The notes beneath the pieces were generated by a model. It was not told the origin of the DNA and ran no database searches. It saw nothing but the letters and a program-made list of their open reading frames with translations. From Bugula neritina (lineage: Eukaryota > Animalia > Bryozoa), in assembly GCA_964035545.1 (NCBI GenBank), contig OZ037771.1, positions 7,659,190 to 7,723,189 on the forward strand: 64,000 bases of DNA, in the 5' to 3' direction. Both the position numbers and the translations under genes were made by a program. This document shows, piece after piece, positions 48,001 to 62,100 of the stretch. Position 1 is the first letter of the stretch, and each line of letters opens with the position of its first letter.

Positions 48001-51000
48001 TAACGATCACGTTGGCAGTCGGCACCAATCGCAGTGAACGAGAGAGGGTAGTCTGCCCGTCAGCTCTGCGGCGGGAGTTGATCTGGGACACCCATAAGCA
48101 AGCTCACGCAGGAGCTAGCCGGGTGATCAGGTGTCTTCAACTCCAGTGGTTTTGGCCCGGTATGACCCGGGATGTCCGACTCCGGGTGCGGAAGTGCGAG
48201 GTGTGCCAAGCTAGCAAGCATGGCCGCCCCACTGAGACCGCAGGGAGGCGTCGCCTCCATGCCGGTCGTCCGTGGCAGGTGGTTGCTGTCGATCTGGTAG
48301 GCCCCATGCCCACTACAGCGAAAGGTAATAACTGGATACTGGTATTAACTGACCATTTCACGCGGTGGTCTGATGCACTGGCTATTCCAGATGCGTCGGC
48401 CCCCTCGGTGGCCAGAGCTCTGGATCAACAAGTGTTCTGCTATTTCGGCTTGCCGGAGCAGATACACTCTGACCAGGGCGCCCAGTTTCAGTCGCAACTT
48501 ATGAGCGATCTCTGTAGAATGTGGGGGGTAAACCAGAGTCGGACGACCCCGTATCACCCGCAAGGGAACGGGGTCGTGGAGCGGAACAACCGAATGCTAG
48601 GGGATTCTCTGAGAAGCCTGCTTATCGGTAGGAGCCAGGAAGAGTGGGACTTGGTGTTGCCGCAGATCATGCGAGCGTACCGTAGTACCCCTCACTCCAG
48701 TACACTGGAGACCCCTAATTTTCTCATGCTGGGGAGAGAAACAAGGGTTCCTGAGCACGTAACCTATCATGTTCCGAATCCAGAGAGCAATGTCCACGAC
48801 TACGTGGACAAGCTCGTAAAACGCATGGGGACGGCTCACGAGGTGCTACGTGAGCAGCAGTGGCAGGTCAGGAGTGGTGACTCTGACGACCCACCTTTAT
48901 ACAAGGTGGGGGACTGGGTCTGGATGACCAGTCATCGCCGCAGGCGCGGACAGGCAGCCAAGTTGCAGCCGAAGTTCGTAGGTCCCTACTGCGTAATTGA
49001 GGTAATGCCAAATCATACATACAAAGTGGAACGGTCTGGACAAGTGTCGGTCCAGAACGAGGCACGGCTAAAACCTCACTGGGCAAGTCCTGATGCGGCA
49101 GGTCAAGCACCTCCTCTCTTAGAGCCAGCTAGGCGCCCTCCTATGAGGGGGCGACCCATGGCATATCGAGAGATTGAGGAGATACTGCCAGACCAGGACG
49201 GGGCGGCTGATGCGCCAGCCGACCAGCCCCAACCTCCTCCACCCCAGGAAGAGGAGGTCGACACACCTGAAGACCTGTCGGAGCCGGCACCACCACCTGT
49301 GGAGCCGGTCGACAGGCCCATCGTCCCGGATGAGATGGCAATTCCTCAAAATCATGAGGAAGAGGCAGCTGGGGGGGGACCACCCGTACTGGTGGACCCC
49401 CCCGTACTGGCGACACCACCCGTGGTGGAAGAGTCACCAGTCGTAGCAAATTCCCCAGTGCAGTTGGAGCGTAGCCAACGCACTAGGGCGCCTCCATCTT
49501 ATTTAAAAGATTTCTTGTGTGATGCAGTGGAAAAACATCCAGCAGCTATCATAAAAGAAATCTGGGGGGACGAGCAATTGAGAGTTGCGTTTCCAAGGTA
49601 TAAGGAGACGCAATTGTGAGTTGCCTACCCCAGTGGTGTGACACAAAACACCACCGGGGGTAAGAAATGAGCGAAGTCAGCTCGCTAGTGAAAGGGGTGT
49701 TATACAATCACTTTCACTGCGGAAAGCGTTCTTTTCTGATTCAACTGCCAACGTGCACGCATGTACTTGGCAGGCTGGCGCACTACGTAGCCTAAGTGAG
49801 CAGCAGACTAAAGTCAGGGCTGTCTTATGGTAAGTCTACTAGTATAATTCTATTATTTAAGTAGAATTCAAGCTGGTAGCCTAAATCAGTCTCGCTTTAT
49901 CATAACGATAAAGTTGATTTCCCAAGTCAGGTGATTCACTGATGACTTGAGTGGGGCGGTCGACCACATGATTAATTATTAATCAGTGGTTAGTGATTGC
50001 GAGACTCAGTCGAGGTGTCGTACTGACAGGTGCAAACCCCTTCAACAGTTGTTGGCATTCTGTTGCAGGTGAGACTGGAATGGCGGGGCCAAATTCCTTC
50101 TCATGGCATAACGCAGTCACATTATTCATCTCAACTTTTGGCTAGATGCTGGCTGCTTGACTAGATTCTTGTAGCGACATGACAGCAGTGCTGATGGCTG
50201 TCATCACAGAAGTGCCAGAGACAACTGGCACGTAGCTCCTTCCTCCCCTCCTCTGGCGATCACGTTCCGGTATAGGCAGAGTAGTTCTTCCCTCTTCTCC
50301 CCTGTGGCTACATCCTAATAAGAAGAAGAAGTAATATTAAAGATTCCTGCATGAAGTTAAAAAGTAAAAATAGAAGTTAAGAAGAAGAAGTAATACTAAA
50401 GATTCCTGCATGAAGTTAAAAAGTAAAAATAGAAGTTAAGAAAAAGAAGTAATATTAAAGATTCCTGCATGAAGTAAAAAGAAAAATAGAAGTTAAGAAG
50501 AAGTCTTCCCTTTCTTCCTTTTGGGAATTCGACGGCGACGAGGTAGACGTTGGTAGTAAAGAGACCAGTCAACCCCCCCTCCATCTTTCCCCCCTTTGGG
50601 GAGATTCCTTCCACTCTCTCCCCCCTTTGGGAGAGACTCCTTTGCCACGCTTGATTCTTCTGGGGACTCATCGATTCCCCCATCGCTTGGCTTCGACTAG
50701 ACGAGTGTGAAGCAGTACATCTCCTTCTCACTAAGTTCATGCTACCCTACATCATTTGGTGAAGAGATTCCCCCCCCCTACCCTGTGACTGACCCGGATC
50801 GATCGTGTACAACATGGACATCGTTTTGAATACATATTTTGTGTTCTCTCATTCCTGGTGGTTTTGATCTTTTTGTTTTATTTTGCCTTTATTCCTTTTG
50901 TTATTTTTTTGAGATTATGTGCATCAATCGTAGAGTGTACTTTTCGATAGGTGTGGCGAGTGTGGTAGATTTTAGTGGTGCAAGTATATTGTATTAATCG

Positions 51001-53163
51001 AAAAGGTTTACTCTATATTGTTTTATGTATCTTGTGAGTTCGACACTGTCGGAGTGTAACTATGGACAGTAGTGGCACCATTAGTAGCCACCAATCAGGA
51101 CAGTGACACTAATTGATAGCAGGTGGAGCTAGCTACTCGTAGTTGCAGTGCGCTGAGTAGCTAGCCGGCAGAGCAGCTTGGGACTTCATTTAGAACAGTT
51201 GTGTATTAAAGCTCACTAATTATGTAATCGTTTTCTATTCATGCTAGCAGTAAATAACCTTCTTGTATTTGTGTAAATAATAAAGTATCTTATCGTAAAC
51301 AACCTGTCGCAGTGGCTTTGATTAAGTAGACCCACAAATAATAATAGTGAACTGGCAAAATTCACTACAATATTATACAATGTAGAGTAACAGTGAGGGA
51401 CACATTGCAGTAAAACTAGTGAGAAATATAAAAAGAAAATAAGATGATTTTACAAGCTCAGCAACAAAAGGTATGTCTTGAGAAAGTTGAAGAATGGGTT
51501 TCACAGCTACCTAACTGGCTATTGGGAGTTGCAACACATTATTCAAGTGAAATGTACTCTAAAGCTCAGAGAAGGCTCTGAACTGTTAAGGAATGTTAAA
51601 GAGTTTAACTTAAAAATATTCAGCTGGAAAACAAATACTCGGCAGCAGACAATAACCTGTACAGACTAGTGTATCACAGATTAAATGAAAACTAGATAAC
51701 TGTAACTCACACACAAATAGTCTATGTACTCAGTTAAGGTTTATGAAAGGTCATGTGACTAGACAGCACAGGACAGCTGCTACCTGCACTTTTTATTCTA
51801 TTTGTTTTTAATTTTCAATTGAATAATGGATTTGCGGTTTGAAAATTTTGGAAGATAATACTCTGAGTTAAATTTTCTTAATAAAATTATCCCATTCCTA
51901 AGAATGATGCAAGAAATATTCGTTTCTATCAGTGGACTAAATTCTTACTTTCAAAGCAGGAGTGAAGGATTAGAAGGTCGTCAACATCAAAGTTCCTCTG
52001 TCCAGTTGAAGTCTCAGCTTCCTGTTGATGAGTTCTGAGAGCAGAAAGTTCTGGTGAGGAGGAATTGGTACTCTGTTGAATATTCTGCTCAGTTTGACTG
52101 ACTGAGTTACCTGATTGATTAGTAACACATGTGATATACCAACCAGTATTCTATGTACATGTATGAAGACTAGAGTATCATATAATACAGTATTACAATA
52201 GTATAATATATTCTTACTCGTATCATATCTACACTCACCAACTCTGCACGCCTGAATAACCACAACTTTAGGCTTGCCGGCCATGTTGGGAAAATTTGTA
52301 GAGTTGATGAGACTGTAGATCTGTGTTAGATAGACTGGCTGTGAGTCAACTCCATGAATCATTCCATTAGCTCCGTGTGCAAACAGAAACAGGAAGAACA
52401 TACCATAAGTGTTATGAATCTCATCTCTAGTCTCTGATTGAATACACTGGAGTATCTCCTGTATATGAATATAACACAACACACACAGTATACAAACTCA
52501 ATGTGAGAGAGTCTATTCTATGAACAGGACTGACCAGCTCCAATAAACATACACCTTTATTCAGTACAGAGAGAATACAAGTGAAGACAACTCCCGAGAC
52601 TACATCCATATATTTGGTGTGAGTGTTGGGAGAGGGGAGAATCATTTCCTTCAATAATTGCAGCTCAGACACAGAATGAAGCAAACATACAAACATGGCG
52701 GGGAGGAGGGGGGTGCAACCCAACCATTTGTCAACATCTTTTTTTCAACAACTGCTATCCAAATATAGAGACAAGCAAGCATATCTGTCACGTCTCGTAC
52801 TAGCCTATAGAAAGTTAACTCTGTGAAGCGAAAGTTAGCCCCAAAGTTAAGAGATTGTATTTCCCTATTTTGATAACTGATTCAATAGACAAGTCTGCAG
52901 GCTATTATAACAGTGAAGTGAGACATTAACCACTAATAACTAGTCACACTACGTGATAAGAAGAGGGAGACAACTACAAGTAAATAGAAATATACCTCAG
53001 CTGTGAGATCCTTCTGCTTCACAACCTCAAATCTCATCTTCCTGAACAGAGCAAATGTGTTGTCAACATCATAACTAGAGCCAAGTCTCTCTCCTATATT
53101 TCTATACTTGTTGTTGTTTATAATCAGAGCTCTTCCTCTGAATGGACTCGTCATCTTGTATAT
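42064..53163 (-). CDS. Caspase exons, copy C (p10 exons separated from p20 by an intronic Gypsy element)
   Basis: 52996-53163, 52239-52458, 51949-52110, 43614-43723 (SASMRFHDGGSLLI), 42064-42201. Confidence 0.88.
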
Positions 53164-56100
53164 CTGTAGATACAGACTATGTAATTAGTTTAGTACTTAC
53201 TGGGTACATTCTATATAGAGAATATAATACTGAATAGAACACAACTGACCTGTTCATGTTATATTATAAGTAACTGAAGAGTTAAAAATCATCCATGAGT
53301 AGACTAATATGGTTTCGGGCATATTGTGTGGCTTCTACTAGCCGGAACAGTACTGGGTAAATTGAAAGTATAACCTAGCAGTTTGTTCCATAGAATAGTA
53401 ACCCATCATTCACACTTACCGCACCGTAGGCTGTAACAACAAATATCAGCCATTTTTACAAATGTCTGAGCTTCCTGTATGGCGTTGCGGTATGTAATCA
53501 ATCACAATCAAGCACTGCTTAATTCAAAAATGTTGGGCGCACTTCTATTGGGCAGAAGAACTTTTGCGTCAACGCATTGGATATAATTGTCCAATTAAGT
53601 GTCGTAAACCATACCTAATAGCGAATTTTGAAAACTTCAGCCCGAACACATTAAAAATGGCTGATATTTTACGCTATGGCTGACGGTACAGTAAGCGCGA
53701 ATGAAGGGTAAATCAATCACAAGACTGTTGAAAGAAGGTTATTTCAAACTTGAAGTAAAGTTGATTATTTATAGCGCTAGAAATAAGGTAAAATATTTTT
53801 GCAATGAAGACAGCTGGTAAGTAGTTGGCAAGATGAGAGTGGAAAGAAGAGCCAGGGCTATACAGAGAAAACAGAAAGGAGAACCAAGGCTATACAGAGA
53901 TAATAGAGAGGAGAGTCAAGGCTATACAGAGATAACAGAGAGGAGAGCCAAGGCTATACAAAAAACAGAAAGGAGAGCCAAGGCTATACAGAGATAACAG
54001 AAAGGAGGGCCAAGGCTATACAGAGATAATAGAGAAGAGAGCCAAGGCTATACAGAGATAACAGAAAGGAGGGCCAAGGCTATACAGAGATAACAGAGAG
54101 GAGAGCCAAGGCTATACAGAGATAACAGAAAGGAGAGCCAAGGCTATACAGAGATAACAGAGAGGAGAGCCAAGGCTATAGAATATTCAACATGACATAC
54201 AAACCTTTGAAGTGTTGATGAAGAGAGACTTGATACTCTGATTAGTAGTAGGAACTAGTGTCAACTTGGTAAGATCTTCTGAAGTGGAGGTAGTACCTTC
54301 TTCTTCATCCGAAACATCACTCAGTACATCATCAGTACCAACAGTATGAGTAGCAGCTCCACTGTGTCCAATATTATCTACATGTACAGGAAACATCACA
54401 TAAACAGCTCACAGAAATGTAATGAAACCAACAACCTACAGGAACAACTTCAACTGTCAATAACAAACATGGAGAATCAGAAAGGAAGAAAGTTATTCCT
54501 AATCAATTCACTAGAAGTAAGTTTAATTCAAGATACCTGGTGGCTTGTAGTTGGTCTTCACAAAATCACTCAGTTTCTGCAGCTCATCTCCAGAAAGCTG
54601 GAAAGCTGCAATATAAGTATGAATTATGGAGGTTGCTATTACTTGGACAGTACATTACCATCTGAATATGATATAAATAACCTAAGAGAAGATAATCATA
54701 CTAACTTGGGCGTAAGAGACAAGCTGAGACATCTCTGTATGTTCCACATCTACCAGGTGATGAATCTGAAGTCATGGGAAGGAATTCACCATCTTTTGGA
54801 GGTCGACACCAGGATGGGTTGATGAACCTTTTCGGTCGCTTTTCTCCAACCAATGGGCAGTGAGCACACAAGTTGATACAGGTGATTTTACTTGCTCTCC
54901 ATGTGGAGTTGATGTACTTTACGGTTGAATGAACTGAAGTGGTCAACATCCTCCAAGCATTGCCTACCTGTCGACAAGCAGACGTTACAGAGATAGTGAG
55001 TTTACGAGATTTGTGGTCATGCAGCAACTGCAGAGTGTAAGCTTCGTCTCTCAGCTCCACTCCATTCTTTCTTACAGCTTTTTCACTACAATCCTGTATA
55101 TCATTGACAAGTTTCACAGAAATCTGGTGGTAGACGTACTGAGGGGGAGTCAAGCCACCAAACAATATGTCTACTGACAGCTTTACAGGTTGTCTCCTGG
55201 AGGCAGTCAAGTCGGTGAAATACTCCTGTGAGAAGTATGGCATAGTGTAACTTAGTTTCTGGGATGAATCTTTCATCTCGAATAACAACTGGAAAGATTG
55301 CAGCAATGCGACTGCCACCTTCATCTTGTCACTCGTGGTGAAGCTGGTCTCTGCTATCAGAAGATGCTGAGACAGCTTCTCGCTCATCCCGCCAGTTCGA
55401 ACAAACTCTTGAGCCAAATTATTAAACTCTGTTTCATTTTCTATCAACGGATTGTCAAGTGAATCCGCTTCAATCGCTGACCGTCGATTGTTCCACACTT
55501 CCTTCTCGTGAGTGAAGAATACGTGGAGCAGCTTTGTAACCACAGAGATGTCGTAGAATACCAGAGACTGCAAACTCTCCCTATCCTGGTACCAAATGAG
55601 ATGGCCACTGTTATGCATGTATGACAGAATCACTCTCAGCTGGTCTTCACTTTCCAACTTGCATTCAATGACATGTTGAAGCACTTCTGGAAATGTCTTG
55701 TAACTTCCATGGAATGAGTTGAATGTTTGAGCAACTTTTCTCCACAGAGTAGGCACCTTCTTCACGACTAGTTTACTGTCAGATATGATATGACTTCTCA
55801 GCTGATCAAACACCTCTTCATATTCATCACCCACAACATATATATCTTGTTCTTGAAACAACTCTTGGCGCTGAAAAAGAAAAACTTGTGCAAAGGAGCT
55901 GGAATAATTCTCTTTAGAATTTCCTTCTAGTTGTATCAAATTGAATACACTTTTGGTGTGGAAAAAGAACAGCCTTTTTAGCTCTTCAAATCCATCTGCA
56001 CTGTAAGCATCTCGGTGAGTGAAAACAAGTTTGGGTGCTCTAAGTCTAGGATTGGCCAAGTACAGATGTGAGAGCCAATCAAAATATGTGCATCGAACTG

Positions 56101-59100
56101 CTTCATTACCATTCACCTCCAAACAGAGCTCTTCAAACTCCTTTAGATTCACAACCACAATAGGAATACAGTTCTGTTTCAATGTGAACTGGTAGGTAGA
56201 TTGGTAGATTTCATTGCCACCAAAATCTATGAACTGAAGAACATTGTCACCAACCACTAACTTTTCCATATTGAAGACACGAGTTGTTTCATCTTCCACT
56301 GCATCAGCCGCTCTATTGGTTAATTCCCTTTTGCCATCGGATCCCACCAGCGTTTTTGCTAGGCTGGTTTTCCCAGATAACGATCTACCCACTAGAGCGA
56401 CCGTAGTTTCAGAAACTTCTACATGACCAGACCTAAGATCTTTATAATACTGTCTGATAGCCGGTAGTCCGTCTATACACACAGCATAAGGTGGAGATGT
56501 GAGTGATTCACACCCTAAGCAGTTCAGTTCAGTCAGATTAGGCATGTTGAGAAGTTGAGGAGTTAAACATGTCATCTTAGTGTTGAATGGCAAGTCCATG
56601 TATCGGAGATTCTGGAGTTGACCAACACTACCAAGTAAGTATATAATATAACTTTAGTATTATTCTATATCAAATGTGTTATGCTTAAAAGTAAAACTTG
56701 ATTAAATACATAATAGTTAAGTATCTAACATAGCCTGGGAGATAAATAGTGTTTGACAGTACAACTGTTGCAAATGACTAGAACACAGGTCAAACTGAAA
56801 ATATAGCCTAGAATGCCTACTTGACTTAACAGTAAAACCATTACAGTGAAAAAATTGAGTATAGATTTAAAATTTGCAGATTTTATTACATTTGAAAACT
56901 TTTGTACTACAATAATACAATTGCAATATATGGAAATTGTATTATTGCAAAACTATTACAGCCATGCGTAAAAGTTTTGACACCCCCATGCACTTTTTGC
57001 AGCTTTGAGAAATGGCTAAACAGGATTTTCAATTTCTCAATACTCTAAAAAACTTAAAATAATGCCAAACTGTTGCATATGGTGTTGTGTGTTGTCTTCT
57101 AATCTAACTAAACAAGTTTAAATAATATTTTAATAATATTAAATAGATAAACTACATTTGTTCTAAGTAGCTCTCAAGCAGAAGTAAATTTTCAAGTGTT
57201 GTTTACCCATTTAGGCTCAGTTTTGCCCCCATACCATTTCACATACAAGGCAAAGTACTGTATTGTGAACAAAATATTTACAAAGTTTCAACCTGGGAAC
57301 AAGCATTGTGCAACTTAAAATGAAACTCTATTACAGACTGAGTAAGCAGTAATCACATAATACACCTCACAAATCTACTATTTCTCTAAACTCAGACTTC
57401 CCTTCATTATGGTGAGTGGTGGAAGACAAGATTTTAGCAGACAGCAGCTATCAAACTAAGAAGTACTGAAAGAAAGCAGTAATTGGGTTTGGTTTTTCAG
57501 CATTATAGGAAACTAGGGAGTGATTTATGGGATGTCATGACATTGGTGATTTCATACTTATAATTGGCTCATGAAAATTGGCTAAACCAGGTAAAAGAGA
57601 GAAAATTCAATTACTAGAGTGGCCCGTGCAGAAGGCCAAAAGAATATTTTTATAGACAATACAAAGAAGAGTAGCTGAGATAAAACCAACTGACATGGTC
57701 AATTTAGCTAGAACTGTCATCAATGCATGGTAATGGATATGAGATAAACCACAAAATCAGCTGTGTTAGTGGAGAATATGTCAGCCTACTGCCTAGCAGT
57801 CATTGGTGCTAATAGTTACTCACTCACACTGAAACACTGATATGTTATGTGCAACAATCTTTTCACACACGAAAACATCTCATTGTACAATCTTCTTCAT
57901 TTTGCTAACCAACTAAAGAGAAAATTTCAAATCCTACATAAATATGTTTCAGTGCAAAAATTGATGGCAAAAAGCTTTTTAGCATTTTTCTATTGATAAG
58001 CTTATGCTATACAATAAATAACAATGATCTAGAGTTGTAGCTCAGCCAATAAGTTGCATTTCATATATATATTTAAATATTTAAATATGTTTACGTAATA
58101 GAAGACAATATATAACTAACAAGTTGGCTTTCAAGCTGTTAAGAGGTGTTTTGAACAAGCTCACACAATACTCAACATTACTGGACAGCTTTCTATTAGG
58201 ACTCATTAACAGGAGGGGACAGTATAATTTCTATGAGCTGTCCCCAAATTGGGTAAGTGTTTAATACATGATTGCTTACTATTACTTGCCTACACCATGC
58301 CCCCCAAAACTAGAACTGATTCAACAGCATCAGATATTGATGCTACCATGAAAGAAATACTTCAACAACTGAAAAAGATTAATAATAGGATTGAGATAAT
58401 AGAAGAAAAGGTGGACAGTATAGAGAGTAGTCTGAACTATCATACAGAATGGAAGGAAGTGAAAGAGGATATGGATCAAATAAAGAATACCATTCCAGCA
58501 CTGAAAGGAAAGATGGAGGAGCACGAAATTGAAAAGGCAAATAAGATGGCAGAAATACAGGGCGTACCCCATCACCAAGATGAGTCCCTGAAGGATATAG
58601 TAACAAAATTAGCTGAATTGAATGATGTACACCTCACTCCAGTCAATATTGATATGGTTTACAGAAATAAATCCAAAAAGTCTATTATTGTCAAGTTTAT
58701 TCAGACTCATATCTGTCAAGACTTCATAAGATCATTCAAGGCTAAGAAAAACAAGTCACTTACTAGTAAAGAACTTGGTTATAAAACTGCATCTAAGATA
58801 TATATCAATGAATACCTCTTATACCCAACTAGACAACTGTTCCACAAAGTCAGAGAATATAAGAAAGAGAATAACTTTAAATTTGCTTGGACAATAAACC
58901 AAAAAGTCTTCTTGAGAGAAACGGAAGGTTCCAAAGCCATCCACATTAAGTCCCTATCTGATCTCTAAGATGCTTAAGACGCCAGTATTTATATAATCGA
59001 AATTGTTTTTCATATTCTAACAAAATGGAACTTTGTAATACCAGCAAACATTTCACTATAGATGACCTAAACAATATTTCTTGTAATGATTTTCGAGTGC

Positions 59101-62100
59101 TTCACTGCAATATACGCAGCCTTAGAAAAAACTTCAATAACCTTTTGGAATTACTCTCAATTGTAAATTGTTCTTTTCATGTTATTGCCATAAGTGAAAC
59201 TTTTCTCTACTCCAACGAATGCAATTACTTTCCGATTTCAAATTACTCTTATATAGGCTCATGCCGTGACTCCAGAGCAGGTGGATGTGGGATATATGTG
59301 CACAGTGGCCTGGCTGTAATTGAAAAACTAGAGCCATTAATTGAGGGTTCAGAGGCAATCTCTTTGTTAGTGGCCGGCTTGGATGAAGTCCCATTACGTA
59401 TTACTGCCATATATAGACAACCTTCGTCTGACACTGGTAGGTTCACTGATGACCTGCACAATTTTTTACACTCTATTTCTCATACTGATCACAATCACAT
59501 TATCACTGGTGATATTAATATTGATATACTTAAGCAAGAATCTGATAGCTACACTGACCTATTACATCAATACAGCTACACTCATTTAATAGAGCACCCA
59601 ACTCGCACTACCCAAACCTCCAGCTCTTGTATAGATCACATAGCCATAAATTTCTACAGTAGTAACGTCATTAGTGGTACACTTGATAAAGATATCTCAG
59701 ATCACTTTCCGGTATTTGCCTTTTTTGAGAATCTTGTGCAACCTAAATCTCAAACCTTCAAAAGACGCAGTTATAGATCACTTTGTGATATACAGCTAAA
59801 ACAAGAGTTTCAAAACTGTGACTGGAGCAAACTAGTATTTAAACATAATGATCCAATAGTAGCATACAGAAATTTCTTGAACGAAACATCTCATATATTT
59901 AACAAATTGGCACCTTTTCAAGAAAGGACTTTCCATTTCAATAGAAAAAAGGTGAATAACTGGATCACGGATCGTTTAAAAAAAGAAATTCACAAAAAAG
60001 ACAGGCTTTTTTCACAACACAAAGCTTTTCCATACAGCCCAAAACTTAAGCAAGCCTACATTAAGCAAAGAAACAAAGTATCAACCTTAATTAAACAAGC
60101 CAAGTATAACTACTATGATAAGCTGATTTCTAACCAAGCAGACTCCAGAAAGCTTTGGAATACAATCAACAATGCTTGTGGAAGAAAATCAACCTCTCCA
60201 AGCTTTCCAGTAAAGCTAAAAGCTGACTCAGAAATCATTACCCACCATACAGAAATAGCAAACTATATAAACAATTATTTCACTAACATTGGAAAGAACT
60301 TAGCCGATAAAATACCAAGTGTTCCTGAGATCCCAGTCAATGCCAAAGATTGTCCTTCATTTTATTTTCAGCTGGTAGACAAAAACAGAGTTTTAACTGA
60401 ACTAAAAAATTTGAATGAAAATAAATCAGAAGGCTTAGACTTGATCCCAGCGAGGCTAGTTAAACAAAGTGCAACTTACCTTTGTCAGCCTCTCACACAT
60501 ATTATAAACTTGATAATTAAATCAGGTGTCATTCCTAATGAACTGAAAGTAGCCAAGATTTTGCCATTTTACAAAAATAAAGGTGACAAACTTTTATGTA
60601 GTAATTATCGGCCTATCTCAATACTTCCAGTTTACTCTAAAATACTTGAAAAAATAATCTGCAAGCAATTAAATGAACATTTAAACCTACACAAAATTTT
60701 GTCGGTTTCTCAATTTGGCTTCCAACAGAAGAAGGGTGCACAAGACGCACTGATTAAGTTTTCAGACCAATCCTTCAAAGCACTTAATGACTCATCAGTA
60801 ATATTGGGTATTTTCATTGATTTCTCAAAAGCATTCGATACAATCAACCACAATATTTTGCTACAGAAACTACGAGATTACAATTTTGATTCTCACTCCA
60901 TAAGTTTAATCCAAAACTACTTGACCAATCGAACACAGCATGTTATAATAGAGAACAGTATATCCAATTCCTTGCATATTACCTGTGGAGTTCCCCAGGG
61001 CTCTATCTTGGGCCCTGTGCTCTTTCTGCTGTACATAAATGATTTAGCTACCCATTGTCCTTTATTTGATACTATTCTGTTTGCAGACGACACAAATCTT
61101 TTTTGGAAGAGCAAAGATTTAAATGCTGATATTGGAAATATAAACTCCTCACTAAATAAAGTTAATAACTGGTGCATTGCAAACAAACTAACTCTAAACT
61201 TAACGAAAACAAACTATATCATTGTTAAAAACTACCAAAAGAATTTTGTACTTAACAGTACCATCCATATTGACAATATACCTCTCTCGCCTAGCTCAGA
61301 AATAAAATTTTTAGGTGTAGTCATCGACATTAACTTAAACTGGTGTGCTCATATAAATTCTTTAAGGACTCAGCTCAACAAAGTAACTGGTATGATATAC
61401 TTAGCTTCAAAGTTTTTACCATACAAAGCTTTGATTTTATTATATAACAGTCTGATAAACAGCAAACTTACATATTGCTTAGAAGCCTGGGGAAATGCCC
61501 CTAAAACCCACCTGAACAAGTTGCTTTTAATTCAAAAACGCATTATTCGCATTATTTTCCACAAATCACCTACTGAACACACGTCACCTCTATTTATCAA
61601 AGCAGAAATTCTTCCTATTGATCTCTTGTATATCTACCGTCTATGTCTTCTTGGTCATTCAGCTTATTATACTCCATCTCACACCAAACAACCACCAAAT
61701 TACCTCACCAGACATTCTGAACTTTCCTTACCCTTACCTCTCTCTAACTCCGCAGCAGGTCATCGACAAGTGTCCTACCAGATGTCTAGCAATTGGAATA
61801 AACTACCTCTGACTTTAAGACATCATCAAAGCTTTGCCACATTTAAAATATTGTTGAAAAAGCACCTACTAAAATCTTTAACTTAATCTAAATAAATAGT
61901 TCGCACTATTTTTTCAACTGCCACTTGGGCCCCGCTCCTTGAATAGCTATGCTACTGAGCACATGGGCCCCCATCTTGATATTATATATAAATTGAATTT
62001 AGCTCTTTTTGTGTTACTGTTGTATATTTGTATTTTTTTGTCCTTTTTGTTTTTTTTTTGATGGAAATAAAGAAAACAAACAAACAAACAAACAAACAAA

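Larger units (their letters stand above)
43760..51369 (+). mobile_element. Full-length Ty3/Gypsy LTR retrotransposon (7.6 kb)
   Basis: 409-bp TG...CA LTRs at 43760-44168 and 50961-51369, identical by eye; ATAT 4-bp TSD (single ATAT at the empty site in copy B); PBS; gag and pol. Confidence 0.97.

Noticed and set aside
44763-49449. Many overlapping and antisense ORFs inside gag-pol
   Set aside because: Expected shadow ORFs of GC-rich coding sequence, with no motifs
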